Below are positions 25,581-34,779 of a stretch of 42,706 nt of DNA, one piece after another. Origin of the DNA: a virus (Duplodnaviria > Caudoviricetes); IMG/VR virus record IMGVR_UViG_3300017747_003026, positions 1-42,706 of that record; one strand, written 5' to 3'. How positions within the stretch are numbered: position 1 is the stretch's first letter; each line of letters begins with the position of its first letter. A program made the position numbers and the translations under genes. The notes beneath the pieces were generated by a model that saw only the letters and a list, made by a program, of their open reading frames with translations, was not told the DNA's origin and made no database searches.

Positions 25581-26435
25581 CTACTTCCCTTCCTTGAGGC
25601 GCTGGAGTTCGGCGGCGAGGGCGTCTCGTTCACGCAACAAATCAACCTTGAACTGATGGCTACGGCTCCACTCAGCCTGCCATTCAGCGGGGTTGGATCG
25701 CCACAGGTCGAGCGAACCTCTTAGCGATGAGGGAAGCTGCTCGATCTCATTCTGGAGTGCGTCTCGTTCACGCTCGGCCTGTTCAGCGCGTTCCAGATCA
25801 ACTAGTTGCTGCGTGCGGAATGTATCTAACCTGTCCCGCATCTCTCGCTCCCGGTCGAGGGAGGCGCGGAGGGCGTCACGCATCCGGACGATGATTTGAT
25901 CCCCGATTGGTGTAGCGCGTGGGATGGCCGCTCTTACTTCTGCCGCAACGTCCTCGCACAGGAAGAAAGCGGAGTCACTCAGCAGCGCCTCTAGCGACGA
26001 GGGCGAGGTCAGCGACTCAGTAGAGCCATTCATGGCCGCACTTACGGCACCGCTTTTCGCCGCTGCCGGTGAGGAGGTCGAAGTAGATAACTTCGGCATC
26101 GTGTCGGTATCTGAGCCAGCAGGTGAATCGTTTCCACATTCAGGTGTCTCCTTGGGGGTGAGTTGGGCTGGGGACGAGGGCTGAGCGATTTTGCCGGTGC
26201 CATCGCATCGGCGGCACTTGGACACACTGCCACCTTCCCACGATGAACTGTGCGCCCCGGTCTGAATCTGATCGCCGGGGTCAATGTCGGCGCCTGTGCC
26301 TTCGCATTCGGGGCAGTCCTTCGGCGTCAGTTTGTTCTCCGGGTGACAGATGCACCAACACTGGTCTGACTCGCACTTCCGATGCTGGGCGTGCTTACAC
26401 TCTTGGCTCATGGTCATGCGTAGGTTACTGCCCAT
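25581..26435 (-). CDS. Hypothetical protein with a DnaJ-type CxxCxGxG zinc finger and a C-terminal coiled coil
   Basis: CPECEGTG and CRRCDGTG. Confidence 0.55.
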   Translation of the reverse strand: MGSNLRMTMSQECKHAQHRKCESDQCWCICHPENKLTPKDCPECEGTGADIDPGDQIQTGAHSSSWEGGSVSKCRRCDGTGKIAQPSSPAQLTPKETPECGNDSPAGSDTDTMPKLSTSTSSPAAAKSGAVSAAMNGSTESLTSPSSLEALLSDSAFFLCEDVAAEVRAAIPRATPIGDQIIVRMRDALRASLDREREMRDRLDTFRTQQLVDLERAEQAERERDALQNEIEQLPSSLRGSLDLWRSNPAEWQAEWSRSHQFKVDLLRERDALAAELQRLKEGK

Positions 26436-26934
26436 GAGGGGCACCGCCTGACTCTGGCACGATGGCGTTCTCCCAACCGTCACGCGGTTCTGCAAGCCCG
26501 TGCCGCTTACTGAATTGCTCAATCAGGTCGCAGGCAATCCCCGCGTCATCCGTGCTGCTGAGCGTGACGCGCTCCCTTCTGATCGTTAGCCAGCCCATGA
26601 AGGCGAACAGGGTTTCCTTGGGGTTCCAATCCCGTGCGGGGCGGGCGTCGGCCTGCTCCTGACGGACGGCGAGGCCACCCATGTAGGCATCACAAATCGC
26701 GTGCGAAATCGCAACGGCCAGATCAGCACCAGGCGCGTAGCCATCCGAGATGAACACCTCGTCCCCATACTCGTTAACGATGTTCTGGATCACCTGTTTG
26801 GCGATGACGTGCGCGTGTGGCAGCTGCGCCGTCCATTCAGTCGGCTCAAGCGGCTGCTCCGGTTCCGGCGTCTGCGGCTCGGCGGGGGCCACGGGAACGG
26901 CACCGGCCCTAACACCACCTGGCAGCGGGAACAT
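26425..26934 (-). CDS. Hypothetical protein
   Basis: In the early-gene run; start uncertain. Confidence 0.5.
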   Translation of the reverse strand: MFPLPGGVRAGAVPVAPAEPQTPEPEQPLEPTEWTAQLPHAHVIAKQVIQNIVNEYGDEVFISDGYAPGADLAVAISHAICDAYMGGLAVRQEQADARPARDWNPKETLFAFMGWLTIRRERVTLSSTDDAGIACDLIEQFSKRHGLAEPRDGWENAIVPESGGAPHGQ

Positions 26935-27019
26935 TGCCAGACGGGCTTCCCGTCGGCATTCCGCACCATCTGGGGATGCGCGTGCGAGAACAGGCAGGGC
27001 GAGAACAGGCGGGCCAGCG

Positions 27020-27370
27020 TCATGGCGTCACCTTGGCGGCGGGAGGGACCAAGGCGAGGGCCGCTTCCAGCACACGGCATGAATCCGTGAGCTGGCCGTG
27101 CAGTCGCCATTCCATGACGGCGTGTTTCGCGGCTTCGACGAGCGCCATGATCGTCGCCTGGGGATCGGCCAGGCCCTCGCAGGCGGAAACGCAATCAACA
27201 ATGCGCTGGGCGATAACATCTGCCTCGGCTACCGGAACCCCGTTACCGATCTGCACAGAGGCCGAGAACCTATTGACCATGCGGGGCTGTCCCTTTGACC
27301 ATCCGTCCTGATGAAGCGCATAAATCAAGTGGCCGTCTCGCAACCACGGCGTGTGCTGTCTCTCGTCCAT
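27020..27370 (-). CDS. Hypothetical protein
   Basis: HTPW...RIVDCVSACEG pattern seen in phage early genes. Confidence 0.65.
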   Translation of the reverse strand: MDERQHTPWLRDGHLIYALHQDGWSKGQPRMVNRFSASVQIGNGVPVAEADVIAQRIVDCVSACEGLADPQATIMALVEAAKHAVMEWRLHGQLTDSCRVLEAALALVPPAAKVTP

Positions 27371-27373
27371 GAT

Positions 27374-27703
27374 CTACTCCTGCACCTTGGCGGCGGGTAT
27401 CCACTGCAAACGAGGAGCCTTGATTTCCCTGCGCGTGGGACGCATAGCGTCGATGATCAGCGTCTTCTCGCTGATGCGCGGCGCGTAGTCCGCTATCGCC
27501 TGTTCCGGCGTCTCGCCGTTGCCATACTCGCCACGAAGCATCCCGTCGCCACCAACATCGCAATGTTCAAACTGTGCGTAATATCGAGGTATACCTCGCT
27601 GGCGTGACTCAACCGACCGCTCGGTGACTTTCATTACCAAATTGTGCGCGTCTGCAAACGCCCCAATCGTTGACTCCGACACCAACTCAGATACGATTCT
27701 CAT
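27374..27703 (-). CDS. Hypothetical protein
   Basis: ATGA-coupled; GNGETPEQAI motif. Confidence 0.65.
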   Translation of the reverse strand: MRIVSELVSESTIGAFADAHNLVMKVTERSVESRQRGIPRYYAQFEHCDVGGDGMLRGEYGNGETPEQAIADYAPRISEKTLIIDAMRPTRREIKAPRLQWIPAAKVQE

Positions 27704-27978
27704 GAAATCCTCCGCGCACGAATCCCAGCGCCCTTCGGCGGTTTAGCCCGTGGCGGACGCGCCCCCAACGGTGGGGGCAGCATCGACCGCCGCTCGCTCG
27801 ATAGGTCGATCAAGGCTTCGAACCGCTGGCGCTGCTCGTCCTGCTTGCGTTCCTCGTTTGCTCGCATCATCCGGAAGATCGCCTTGCTGATGACGAGGGC
27901 CCCGCAGATCACGATCCCCGCCCACAGGAGGACAAGGCCGAGATGGGCGAGGAGCCAGGTCAGAATGGTGTGCGTCAT
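27700..27978 (-). CDS. Small membrane protein
   Basis: N-terminal transmembrane helix. Confidence 0.6.
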   Translation of the reverse strand: MTHTILTWLLAHLGLVLLWAGIVICGALVISKAIFRMMRANEERKQDEQRQRFEALIDLSSERRSMLPPPLGARPPRAKPPKGAGIRARRIS

Positions 27979-28253
27979 ACGGGCCCTCGTAAGTAGTTCC
28001 AGGTCACTTCGTTCTTCAGCGCATCCAACTGCTCAGGCCGCGAGAGGAAGCGCACCGGAAAGCCCCGAGCAACCATGCGCTGCTGCGCGGGGGTCAGCTC
28101 GCCGCCCTTGGATTTCCAATCGACACAGACGGTGGTCTGTCCCCACGCCAGCACGCCGTCGAAGGTGCCGTTGACGACTTCGTAGTCGAAGCCGATGGAC
28201 TTCGCGTAGGCGATCAAGGCCGTGGCGGTGTTGTCGATCTTGCGGGCTCTCAC
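27975..28253 (-). CDS. VRR-NUC/PD-(D/E)xK nuclease (resolvase-like)
   Basis: RARKIDN, FDGVL, VDWKSKGGELTPAQ. Confidence 0.7.
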   Translation of the reverse strand: MRARKIDNTATALIAYAKSIGFDYEVVNGTFDGVLAWGQTTVCVDWKSKGGELTPAQQRMVARGFPVRFLSRPEQLDALKNEVTWNYLRGPV

Positions 28254-28570
28254 TTCGCCACCATCCAGCGCGTGCGCTTCGTGGTTCTCCCGTTCGGCCA
28301 GGTCTTCGATTCGTACCGTCCCGAGTCCACCACGGACGCCCCAAGGCCATCCCGCACGGAGTTGATCGAACTCAGTCCGCACCCGAGCGCCTTCGATGCG
28401 GCCTGATCGCTCTGCGGCCCCAAGGTGCGAAGCAGCGCGAGGTACGCCATCGTGAGCACCGGACGGTCAGATGCGGCCTTGACGGCGCCGGTGAAGCTCG
28501 CATGGCGCTGTCTAGGGGCCTTGCCGTTGACCGGCAGGCTCGTAGCGAAGTCGAATCCGAACTGCGTCAT
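28250..28570 (-). CDS. Winged-helix DNA-binding protein
   Basis: SDQAASKALGCGLSSIN helix-turn-helix and VVDSG wing. Confidence 0.55.
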   Translation of the reverse strand: MTQFGFDFATSLPVNGKAPRQRHASFTGAVKAASDRPVLTMAYLALLRTLGPQSDQAASKALGCGLSSINSVRDGLGASVVDSGRYESKTWPNGRTTKRTRWMVAK

Positions 28571-28815
28571 GCCGGCCTCCATCGAAAGCGCGTCGTGCCG
28601 CCGAATGAATCGCGCGCGACCTCATGACTCCGCTGCAACCCGAATAACGCACAGTTGGCATGAGCCATCGACAGCAACGTGCCTTCGGCGACGTCCCGGC
28701 AGGTAAACCAGGTGGCCGGACGTTCGCGCAGGAACTGGCGCACGCGACCCGCGTTCGTCGGTGGGCGCACCGGCTCCACCACAGGTGCGGCGATTTCAGA
28801 CAGGAAGGGCTTCAT
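28567..28815 (-). CDS. Small winged-helix protein
   Basis: VRQFL...FTCRDVAE...AL..L pattern. Confidence 0.55.
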   Translation of the reverse strand: MKPFLSEIAAPVVEPVRPPTNAGRVRQFLRERPATWFTCRDVAEGTLLSMAHANCALFGLQRSHEVARDSFGGTTRFRWRPA

Positions 28816-28817
28816 GG

Positions 28818-29141
28818 TTACTCGCTCCCCACGCGACGGGCATCGACCGGATCGATCCCGCGCTGCTCACGAATGGCTTTTCGCACCGTGCCGGCCGTCT
28901 CCGCTCGGTTGAACCCCGAGAAACCCGGTGCCACCGAGCGACCATCACCCACGTAGACACGCGAGGGTTTTGCCTCTTGCGTCGGCATGTCCTTCGGCGC
29001 GGTCTCCATCAACCGCGTGCGGGCACACATCCAGCAGAATCGACCGGTGCGCTTCGTGAGCAACCGCGCCGGCTCGCCGGGGTAGATCGGCAACCCGCAG
29101 CCCTTGCACGGCTCCGCGACGGTTTGAATTTCCCAACTCAT
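28818..29141 (-). CDS. Zinc-finger hypothetical protein
   Basis: CKGC...CWMC; ATGA-coupled to the initiator gene. Confidence 0.55.
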   Translation of the reverse strand: MSWEIQTVAEPCKGCGLPIYPGEPARLLTKRTGRFCWMCARTRLMETAPKDMPTQEAKPSRVYVGDGRSVAPGFSGFNRAETAGTVRKAIREQRGIDPVDARRVGSE

Positions 29142-29734
29142 GACGCAGCCTTTCGAGAGACGAGATCCGCGGCGATCCGCTCGATGCAGACCGATTCCGA
29201 GGCACACGTCACGGGCTGATGCGCGCACATACCCCAACCTTTGCGAACCTTGGCGGCTTCCCGTCGAACCTTGGCCCCGACTTTTTCAGCCCCCGCTTGC
29301 GGGGGTTTGGGGGTCTTAGGTTCAGTTCGCTTAGGTTCTCTTCTCTTCTCTTGGGTGGGTACTTCCGCAGCACTGTGCGGAAATTCCGCAGAGGGTGGCG
29401 GAAAGTCCGATTTCGTGCGCTTGTGAAGCCCCCGCTGGTGCTCGTCAAACTTCACAATCTGCAGGACTTGCCCGCCGCCGTGCGGGTAGCGCACGACCAA
29501 CTGCGCGTGTTCTAACGCCACCAGTGCGGCTTCAAATTCGTCCTCGGATCGACCCGAACTCGGGAACACCGCCAGGCGCACCGTGAAGGCGTCACCCGTC
29601 ATCCGACCCCAGTCGTCGGCATGGGGCACCAGCAGCGTGAACAGCAACTGCGGAAACTCGCCGGCCACAGTGCCGCACCGCGCGAACTTCCGCGAGGCGC
29701 CGAGCGATTTCGATAACATCCTGCCTCTTGCCAT
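29138..29734 (-). CDS. Phage replication initiator (replisome organiser-type)
   Basis: MARGRML, LLFTLLVPHADDWGR and LQIVKFDEHQ motifs. Confidence 0.75.
   Translation of the reverse strand: MARGRMLSKSLGASRKFARCGTVAGEFPQLLFTLLVPHADDWGRMTGDAFTVRLAVFPSSGRSEDEFEAALVALEHAQLVVRYPHGGGQVLQIVKFDEHQRGLHKRTKSDFPPPSAEFPHSAAEVPTQEKRREPKRTEPKTPKPPQAGAEKVGAKVRREAAKVRKGWGMCAHQPVTCASESVCIERIAADLVSRKAAS
29316..29410. other. Candidate replication origin inside the initiator gene
   Basis: TTAGGTTC twice, a TTCTC run, and alternating TTCCGCA/TGCGGAA repeats. Confidence 0.45.
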
Positions 29735-29905
29735 ATGGAACGGTCTGTGCCTCGGTTGACGATCTCGACGTGCTGAACCCCACCCAGCGAGCAGGTACAC
29801 CCTGCTTCGCGCTCCCTAGCCTGAGCACCAACAGCGATCAACCGTGTGTGCTCAGCCCACGTCATTCGCACGCGCCCGTTGCCGGCGCCGAGCGGGGTTC
29901 AGTTT

Positions 29906-30349
29906 CTAGGCGGCCTTCGCCGCTTTCTTCTCGCGCTTGCGCTTCTCGGCGATGTACTGCGAGGGGTCAAGGATCAGCACGCCATCCTCAGCCGCCGCCT
30001 GCATCGCATAGGCCATCACGTCGCTGAACTCTTCGGTGTTCAACTCCGACGTGTGGTCCTTCGTCGGAACCGCGTGGCCGTGGATCGTGGTCCAGCCAAA
30101 CACTTCGCCGAGGAGCATGATCTTTAGGCCCGTCACCGTCTCGCCAATGTGTGTGGCCCACGGTTCGATAGCCGCATGTAGGAAGGCGTTCTGCTTAAGG
30201 CTCCGCTTGCTCCGGCGCTTGTAGACCTCGATGGTCACTTCGTGGCCGGCGAAGTGATGCCGGTTGAACTCATGCGCCTTCGACGGGAAGTCCAGAGTCA
30301 GCGACCCGTTGTCGTGGCACATGCCGGGGAAGATGCCGCGCGTGCTCAT
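29906..30349 (-). CDS. NinB/Orf-like recombination mediator
   Basis: KRSLKQNAFLH and TSELNTEEFS motifs. Confidence 0.75.
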   Translation of the reverse strand: MSTRGIFPGMCHDNGSLTLDFPSKAHEFNRHHFAGHEVTIEVYKRRSKRSLKQNAFLHAAIEPWATHIGETVTGLKIMLLGEVFGWTTIHGHAVPTKDHTSELNTEEFSDVMAYAMQAAAEDGVLILDPSQYIAEKRKREKKAAKAA

Positions 30350-30532
30350 CTAGACCGCCGCCCCTTCCACCGTCTCAGGTTCCTTGTTTTCCTGCTTCGC
30401 GCACACGACTTGCTCGGGTTCGATGATCCACCCGGCCAGCAACCGCTCATTCCGCGGTAACGCGCAGTAGTGATCACCGTCGTAGTGGGCGCAGTTGGCA
30501 CAGTTGCGAGGGAGAATCAGCGGCTCGTTCAT
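30350..30532 (-). CDS. Small Cys-rich protein
   Basis: CANCAHY...C...C; ATGA-coupled. Confidence 0.5.
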   Translation of the reverse strand: MNEPLILPRNCANCAHYDGDHYCALPRNERLLAGWIIEPEQVVCAKQENKEPETVEGAAV

Positions 30533-31002
30533 GCTGCCGCCCTGTTCTGTGATCGCCGCTTCGACAGCAACCGGAAGGGCGGCGGGTTGCCGTTCAACAT
30601 GGCGAGATTCCACCGGAAGATCAGCCGTTGGTTCGCGTCCTCGCCCTCGATCTCAATGGCGTGGCTGGTCAGGTATTTGTGCTCCAACGTCGAGCACAGG
30701 AAGATGTTCGACGGGTCGGTGATCTTCTCCGGGTGCGTCGAGCGTTCGCCCAGGTGGTTATGCTCCCGCCGGCTCTTGTCGCTGGCGTGCTCCGCGAAGA
30801 GCTCCACCCCGGTGACCCGTGAGCGGTTGCCATCGCGCTTGTTCACGACCTCGTAGGCGGCAGCCAGCGCCGCCTCGAACTCGCGCTTCTTCCAGCCCTT
30901 TTCCATGACGATGGGCGTGCCCTTGGCGATGCCGCCGTGACGGGCGATCAGATCCCAATCGATGCCGACGCGCTTGATCTTGGTCGAGCGGCGGGCGATC
31001 AC
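30529..31002 (-). CDS. Degenerate HNH-like protein
   Basis: VNKRDG..SRVTG...EHNHL...SNIFLCSTLEH; GTGA-coupled. Confidence 0.55.
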   Translation of the reverse strand: MIARRSTKIKRVGIDWDLIARHGGIAKGTPIVMEKGWKKREFEAALAAAYEVVNKRDGNRSRVTGVELFAEHASDKSRREHNHLGERSTHPEKITDPSNIFLCSTLEHKYLTSHAIEIEGEDANQRLIFRWNLAMLNGNPPPFRLLSKRRSQNRAAA

Positions 31003-31430
31003 TTGCCCTCCGGGTGCTTCGACTTCATGTGTCGGGCAAGCTGCTGAAACGTCCGGTTGCAGCACGGGCAGACCCCAGCGCCGACGCGGGCGCGCAGGCG
31101 GCGCTCTGATGCGCGTGCCATGCCGGCCGAGATGTTCGCGCCCTTGGCGCGCTGCTCGGCCCATTCTCGGCTCTTGCGCTCACGCTCAGTTGCGCGGTTG
31201 GCCTCGTTAAGCTGCTCGCGCAGTCGCTGCTCTTCGGTCTTGCCGACCGGGAAACTTCCGCTGTGACCGTTCGGGCAATAGAACGCCTTGCCGTCCTTTC
31301 GGCGCGTCTCTTCATACTCGCGGGTCGTCGCGGACACGACACCGCAGGTCGGGCAGTCAAGCACGTAGAGCTGATACCCCTGCGCCGACGTGACGTAGTG
31401 ACTGGAAATGCGATTCGGGAGGGCGCCCAT
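30999..31430 (-). CDS. Zinc-finger/coiled-coil protein
   Basis: CPTC, CPNGH and CPCC..H..H motifs. Confidence 0.7.
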   Translation of the reverse strand: MGALPNRISSHYVTSAQGYQLYVLDCPTCGVVSATTREYEETRRKDGKAFYCPNGHSGSFPVGKTEEQRLREQLNEANRATERERKSREWAEQRAKGANISAGMARASERRLRARVGAGVCPCCNRTFQQLARHMKSKHPEGK

Positions 31431-31832
31431 CTAATACCGCCCTTCCCGGCTGAGTAGGTCAGCCGCTTCAGCCGCCTTGTCGGCATCGACGTTGGTCTGC
31501 ACGCGCTTGCCGATCATGTCGTGCGTGTAGCCGGTGACCCGCTTGATCGGGCCGCTCGCTTCGTCTGCGGCCCTCGCCGCGTCCACCAGTTGCCAGTCGG
31601 CCTGATCCCGCGAGATCGACGCCAGTGAATCGCCCCACTTCGGGGAGTGCTTGAAGGTGTAGCGGACTTCGCCAACGCGGAACTTGGCGAACGCCTGGCA
31701 CTTGGCGTGAAGTTCTTCGTCCCACACCTTGAGCGACTTGCCGTCCATGAAGGTGATCACGCCGAGCATCTTGCCGGCGCGTCCCTTGCTGTCGTCGTAG
31801 TGGATGATGCCGCGGGCGGTGATGGGGTCCAT
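31431..31832 (-). CDS. Hypothetical protein, possibly OB-fold/SSB-like
   Basis: Beta-rich N-terminus; follows the exonuclease. Confidence 0.5.
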   Translation of the reverse strand: MDPITARGIIHYDDSKGRAGKMLGVITFMDGKSLKVWDEELHAKCQAFAKFRVGEVRYTFKHSPKWGDSLASISRDQADWQLVDAARAADEASGPIKRVTGYTHDMIGKRVQTNVDADKAAEAADLLSREGRY

Positions 31833-32518
31833 CAGGCCACCGCCTTGACGCCATCGCGCAACGTCACGAGCGCGTCGTATTCGGTCTGCACTTCATCAAG
31901 GAAGCGCCGAACCTCGACTCCATGCTGCACGATCGCGTCCGGGTTGCGCTCGACGCGGATGATCGCCATCTGCAGCTTGCCGTCGAAGTCCGGGTTGTAG
32001 CTCACGAAGTCGGTCCAGAGCGCCCCGCAAACCCACTGCTCGTGGACAATCTGCCGCATGTAGCCGAGATCGATTTCCCCTCGGCGCAACGTGGCGACGT
32101 GCGCGGCCCATTCCGGGCACTTGATGGAAACCAATCCCTCAAATGCTCCGAGGTAACCATCAATCGAGCATCCGGCCATCAGGTCGTTGTGGGCGAGGAA
32201 CCCGCACTGATCGAGCAACACGCCCTTGACGGACTCGTAGACGCCCCGCGCTTCGGGCTCGAGCTGCAGGCCGCGGAACATGGCGTCTGACTGCCGGCCC
32301 TTCTTCTCCAGGCTCTTGCCCGTCAACCGTTCGAGGGCCAGCTTCAACCGGAGATCCCGGCGCTGCACAGACTCGGAGCCCTTCGAACGGCCTTGCGCCA
32401 ACATGGCATCGGCGGTGGAACCGGTGATCCGCCCGATCCGCACCGCCAGCCAATCCGGGTTGGCCGTCGTGCCGTCTTCCAGGTGTTGCGGCATGTCGTG
32501 AACGGTAAAGGCGCGCAT
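31832..32518 (-). CDS. YqaJ/lambda-exonuclease family protein
   Basis: WLAVRIGRITGS, RGLQLEPEAR, GCSIDG, SIKCP and Q..HEQW motifs. Confidence 0.88.
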   Translation of the reverse strand: MRAFTVHDMPQHLEDGTTANPDWLAVRIGRITGSTADAMLAQGRSKGSESVQRRDLRLKLALERLTGKSLEKKGRQSDAMFRGLQLEPEARGVYESVKGVLLDQCGFLAHNDLMAGCSIDGYLGAFEGLVSIKCPEWAAHVATLRRGEIDLGYMRQIVHEQWVCGALWTDFVSYNPDFDGKLQMAIIRVERNPDAIVQHGVEVRRFLDEVQTEYDALVTLRDGVKAVA

Positions 32519-33279
32519 TACTTAACGCTCCGCGTGACCGCGTTGGCCTTCGACTTCCACGTCTCCACCATGGCGCGATCGACCGACACCAGATACCGGG
32601 TGAACACCTCTTCAGAGGCTTCCCATGCCGCATTGAGCGCCAGCCGGTTGCAGCCGCCGTCCACGAGATTGACCATGTGGGCCAGCCAGTCGCCGTAGCC
32701 GGTCGGCTCTTTCGCGGCGGCCTTCTTGCCGACCTCGTTGCCGTCCACGTCGTCTTCACCGACCGCGACGTTGAAGATCATCTTCAAGAGGTAGCGCATG
32801 CCGTAGGACATCGCCGCGCCGACCGCGTGCGTCTTCGTCATCACATCGCCGCCCTTAGCGCCCTTGCCGTCCGAGGGCATATCGACGCGGTAGGTCCGCG
32901 CATGGCCGAGGGCGTGCGTCACGTAGGCCAGGACGCGGGTATGGTCGGCGAGCGGGCTATCGGTCGTGTCGAACGACACGCCGAAGCCGTGATCGGTGTA
33001 GATGGGCCGCAAGCCGCGATCCAGCTTCTCGTAGCTGGCGTACTTGCTCCGAGTCTGCGGGTTCGATGCGTCGGCGGCAATCGGGCGCATTTCCTTCTGC
33101 GCGGCCGACATCGCGGCGTTGAAGGCAATCTCTTCATGACGCGCCGTCGCCCGCTCGTAGAGGGCCACCAGGCGCTCCAGTGTGTCCGGGTTGGTCGCCG
33201 GGTTCGACGCCATCCGCTCGATCATCTGCAGCTGTGATTCAGCCGGCGGCACGAGTTGGAGTTCCTTGACGCCCTCCAC
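32518..33279 (-). CDS. ERF-family single-strand annealing protein
   Basis: SKYASYEKL and GAAMSYGMRYLL..IFNVAVGEDDVDG; GTG start overlapping the upstream TAG. Confidence 0.88.
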   Translation of the reverse strand: MEGVKELQLVPPAESQLQMIERMASNPATNPDTLERLVALYERATARHEEIAFNAAMSAAQKEMRPIAADASNPQTRSKYASYEKLDRGLRPIYTDHGFGVSFDTTDSPLADHTRVLAYVTHALGHARTYRVDMPSDGKGAKGGDVMTKTHAVGAAMSYGMRYLLKMIFNVAVGEDDVDGNEVGKKAAAKEPTGYGDWLAHMVNLVDGGCNRLALNAAWEASEEVFTRYLVSVDRAMVETWKSKANAVTRSVK

Positions 33280-33695
33280 TAGCTCACCTTCCTTCCGGCC
33301 ATCCGCAGGTCCGCCGCGTTCCGAGCGATGCCACCGGGCGACATGACCGGCATGCCGAAGACGGGCCAGAGGTCTTCGAGGTAGCTTTCCGCGTACTTCA
33401 GGACTTCCGTCCGAATCGCGGGGCCGATCTCGCGCTCCCCGAACAACAGGACAATCGACTGCTCGGCCAAGAGCGGGCCCGCCGTGTCCAGCGTCCAGGT
33501 CATCGACTCGATGGTTTCGAGGGCCGACGTCCGCACGGCCGCCCGATAAGCGTTGCGCGTGTCGCGCCAGATCGGGTTGGACCATTCCGCCATGGGACGA
33601 TCGACGGAGAACATCCGCAGGGCCTGTTGCTCGAAGGGTTCCGGCAAGGGCTGCAAGCCGGGTTGCCAATTACGGAGCTGTTGTGCGATAGTCAT
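33279..33695 (-). CDS. Hypothetical protein
   Basis: Early operon; coupled to ERF. Confidence 0.6.
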   Translation of the reverse strand: MTIAQQLRNWQPGLQPLPEPFEQQALRMFSVDRPMAEWSNPIWRDTRNAYRAAVRTSALETIESMTWTLDTAGPLLAEQSIVLLFGEREIGPAIRTEVLKYAESYLEDLWPVFGMPVMSPGGIARNAADLRMAGRKVS

Positions 33696-33747
33696 CTCAG
33701 TTCATTTCCTTTCGGGGCCTCCGCTGCAACGGGGGCTCGTTTCGTTT

Positions 33748-33954
33748 CTAGGCGGACTTCTCCACCACCGCGCCGGCCAGGATCGCGTCCACGTCGTCGG
33801 GATGCACCACCCAGGCTTTGCCGCGCCAGTACTTCTGAATGCCCGTGCGCTCCACCCACTTGCGTGCGGACTTCTCGGGGTGCTCCGCCTTGAAGCCCCC
33901 GAGGTAGTCGGCCAGCTTCGCCATGGTGAGATAGCCGCGCGCGGACTTCGCCAT
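33748..33954 (-). CDS. Excisionase-like MerR/HTH_17 protein
   Basis: YLTMAKLADYLG...RKWV...GKAWVVHPDDVD. Confidence 0.55.
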   Translation of the reverse strand: MAKSARGYLTMAKLADYLGGFKAEHPEKSARKWVERTGIQKYWRGKAWVVHPDDVDAILAGAVVEKSA

Positions 33955-34307
33955 TACGCCGACCTCCGCACATGGATCACGGTGTCCACGTCCACGCCGA
34001 CCGCGAGTCTCGCCAGCGCGATCACCAGCGGCCCCTGGAACCGCTCGACCGCGAACACGGCTTCGATCTGGGGACGCTCGTGGCCATCCATCTGGCGCCG
34101 AATCTGGCTTTCGTTCTTCCCGAGCGCGGCGGCAAACTCCTGCAGCGTCATCCCGAAGACGTGCTGGACCGCGCGCATGCAGCCGCCCAAGCGCGCATGC
34201 AGCGGGTCAATCTCTGATTTCCGGAGGTGGGCTTTCGCCATCCGTGCGCTCGTCTCTGTAACGAGGAGAGGCGTCGGGAGTTGGGGTTGCGCGAAGCTAG
34301 CCTTCAT
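33954..34307 (-). CDS. HTH transcription regulator (CII-like position)
   Basis: MTLQEFAAALGKNESQIRRQ helix-turn-helix. Confidence 0.7.
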   Translation of the reverse strand: MKASFAQPQLPTPLLVTETSARMAKAHLRKSEIDPLHARLGGCMRAVQHVFGMTLQEFAAALGKNESQIRRQMDGHERPQIEAVFAVERFQGPLVIALARLAVGVDVDTVIHVRRSA

Positions 34308-34509
34308 GACGCACCTCCCCACCGAACACGTCACGCGCGATGACGGTCTTCAACTGCTTCGGGACGAGATCGGGCGTGACCGCGTGAGCCAATCGCGGAT
34401 TCGCGCGGCGATTGCGCTCGTTCAGCGGCGGGACCGCGAGCTCACCGCGGCCAAGGCGGCGCTGGAGCACCTCGTACGAGAGATGGGAGGCGAAGGGGAT
34501 CGCCGCCAT
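34297..34509 (-). CDS. Hypothetical protein
   Basis: Fills the gap between cro and the HTH gene. Confidence 0.4.
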   Translation of the reverse strand: MAAIPFASHLSYEVLQRRLGRGELAVPPLNERNRRANPRLAHAVTPDLVPKQLKTVIARDVFGGEVRHEG

Positions 34510-34511
34510 GA

Positions 34512-34718
34512 TTAAGCCGCCGCGTCCTGCTGGCCGAACGACTCGACGGGAACCCCCGTGAGTGCCGCCAACTTCTTGGCCGTCCGCAGGCTGACGGCGC
34601 CGCCCGACTTCGCCCGCGAGATGGTGGGTTGAGAGACGCCCGCGCGCGCGGCCAACGCCTCCTGTGTTTCGCCGCTCTGGTCGATGTAGTCCGCCAGTGA
34701 CTTCGGTCGCTTGCTCAT
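34512..34718 (-). CDS. Cro-like HTH repressor
   Basis: TQEALAARAGVSQPTISR; divergent from the cI-like gene. Confidence 0.85.
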   Translation of the reverse strand: MSKRPKSLADYIDQSGETQEALAARAGVSQPTISRAKSGGAVSLRTAKKLAALTGVPVESFGQQDAAA

Positions 34719-34728
34719 GCTGTAAGGG

Positions 34729-34757
34729 AATATACGCTTACGGAATTTGGCTGTCAA
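34729..34757 (-). promoter_or_regulatory. Early lytic promoter TTGACA-N17-TATATT with an overlapping GTAAG-N10-CTTAC inverted repeat
   Basis: Near-consensus sigma70 elements 10 nt upstream of the cro ATG. Confidence 0.8.
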
Positions 34758-34779
34758 CACATTATTCAAGGTGCGTAAG

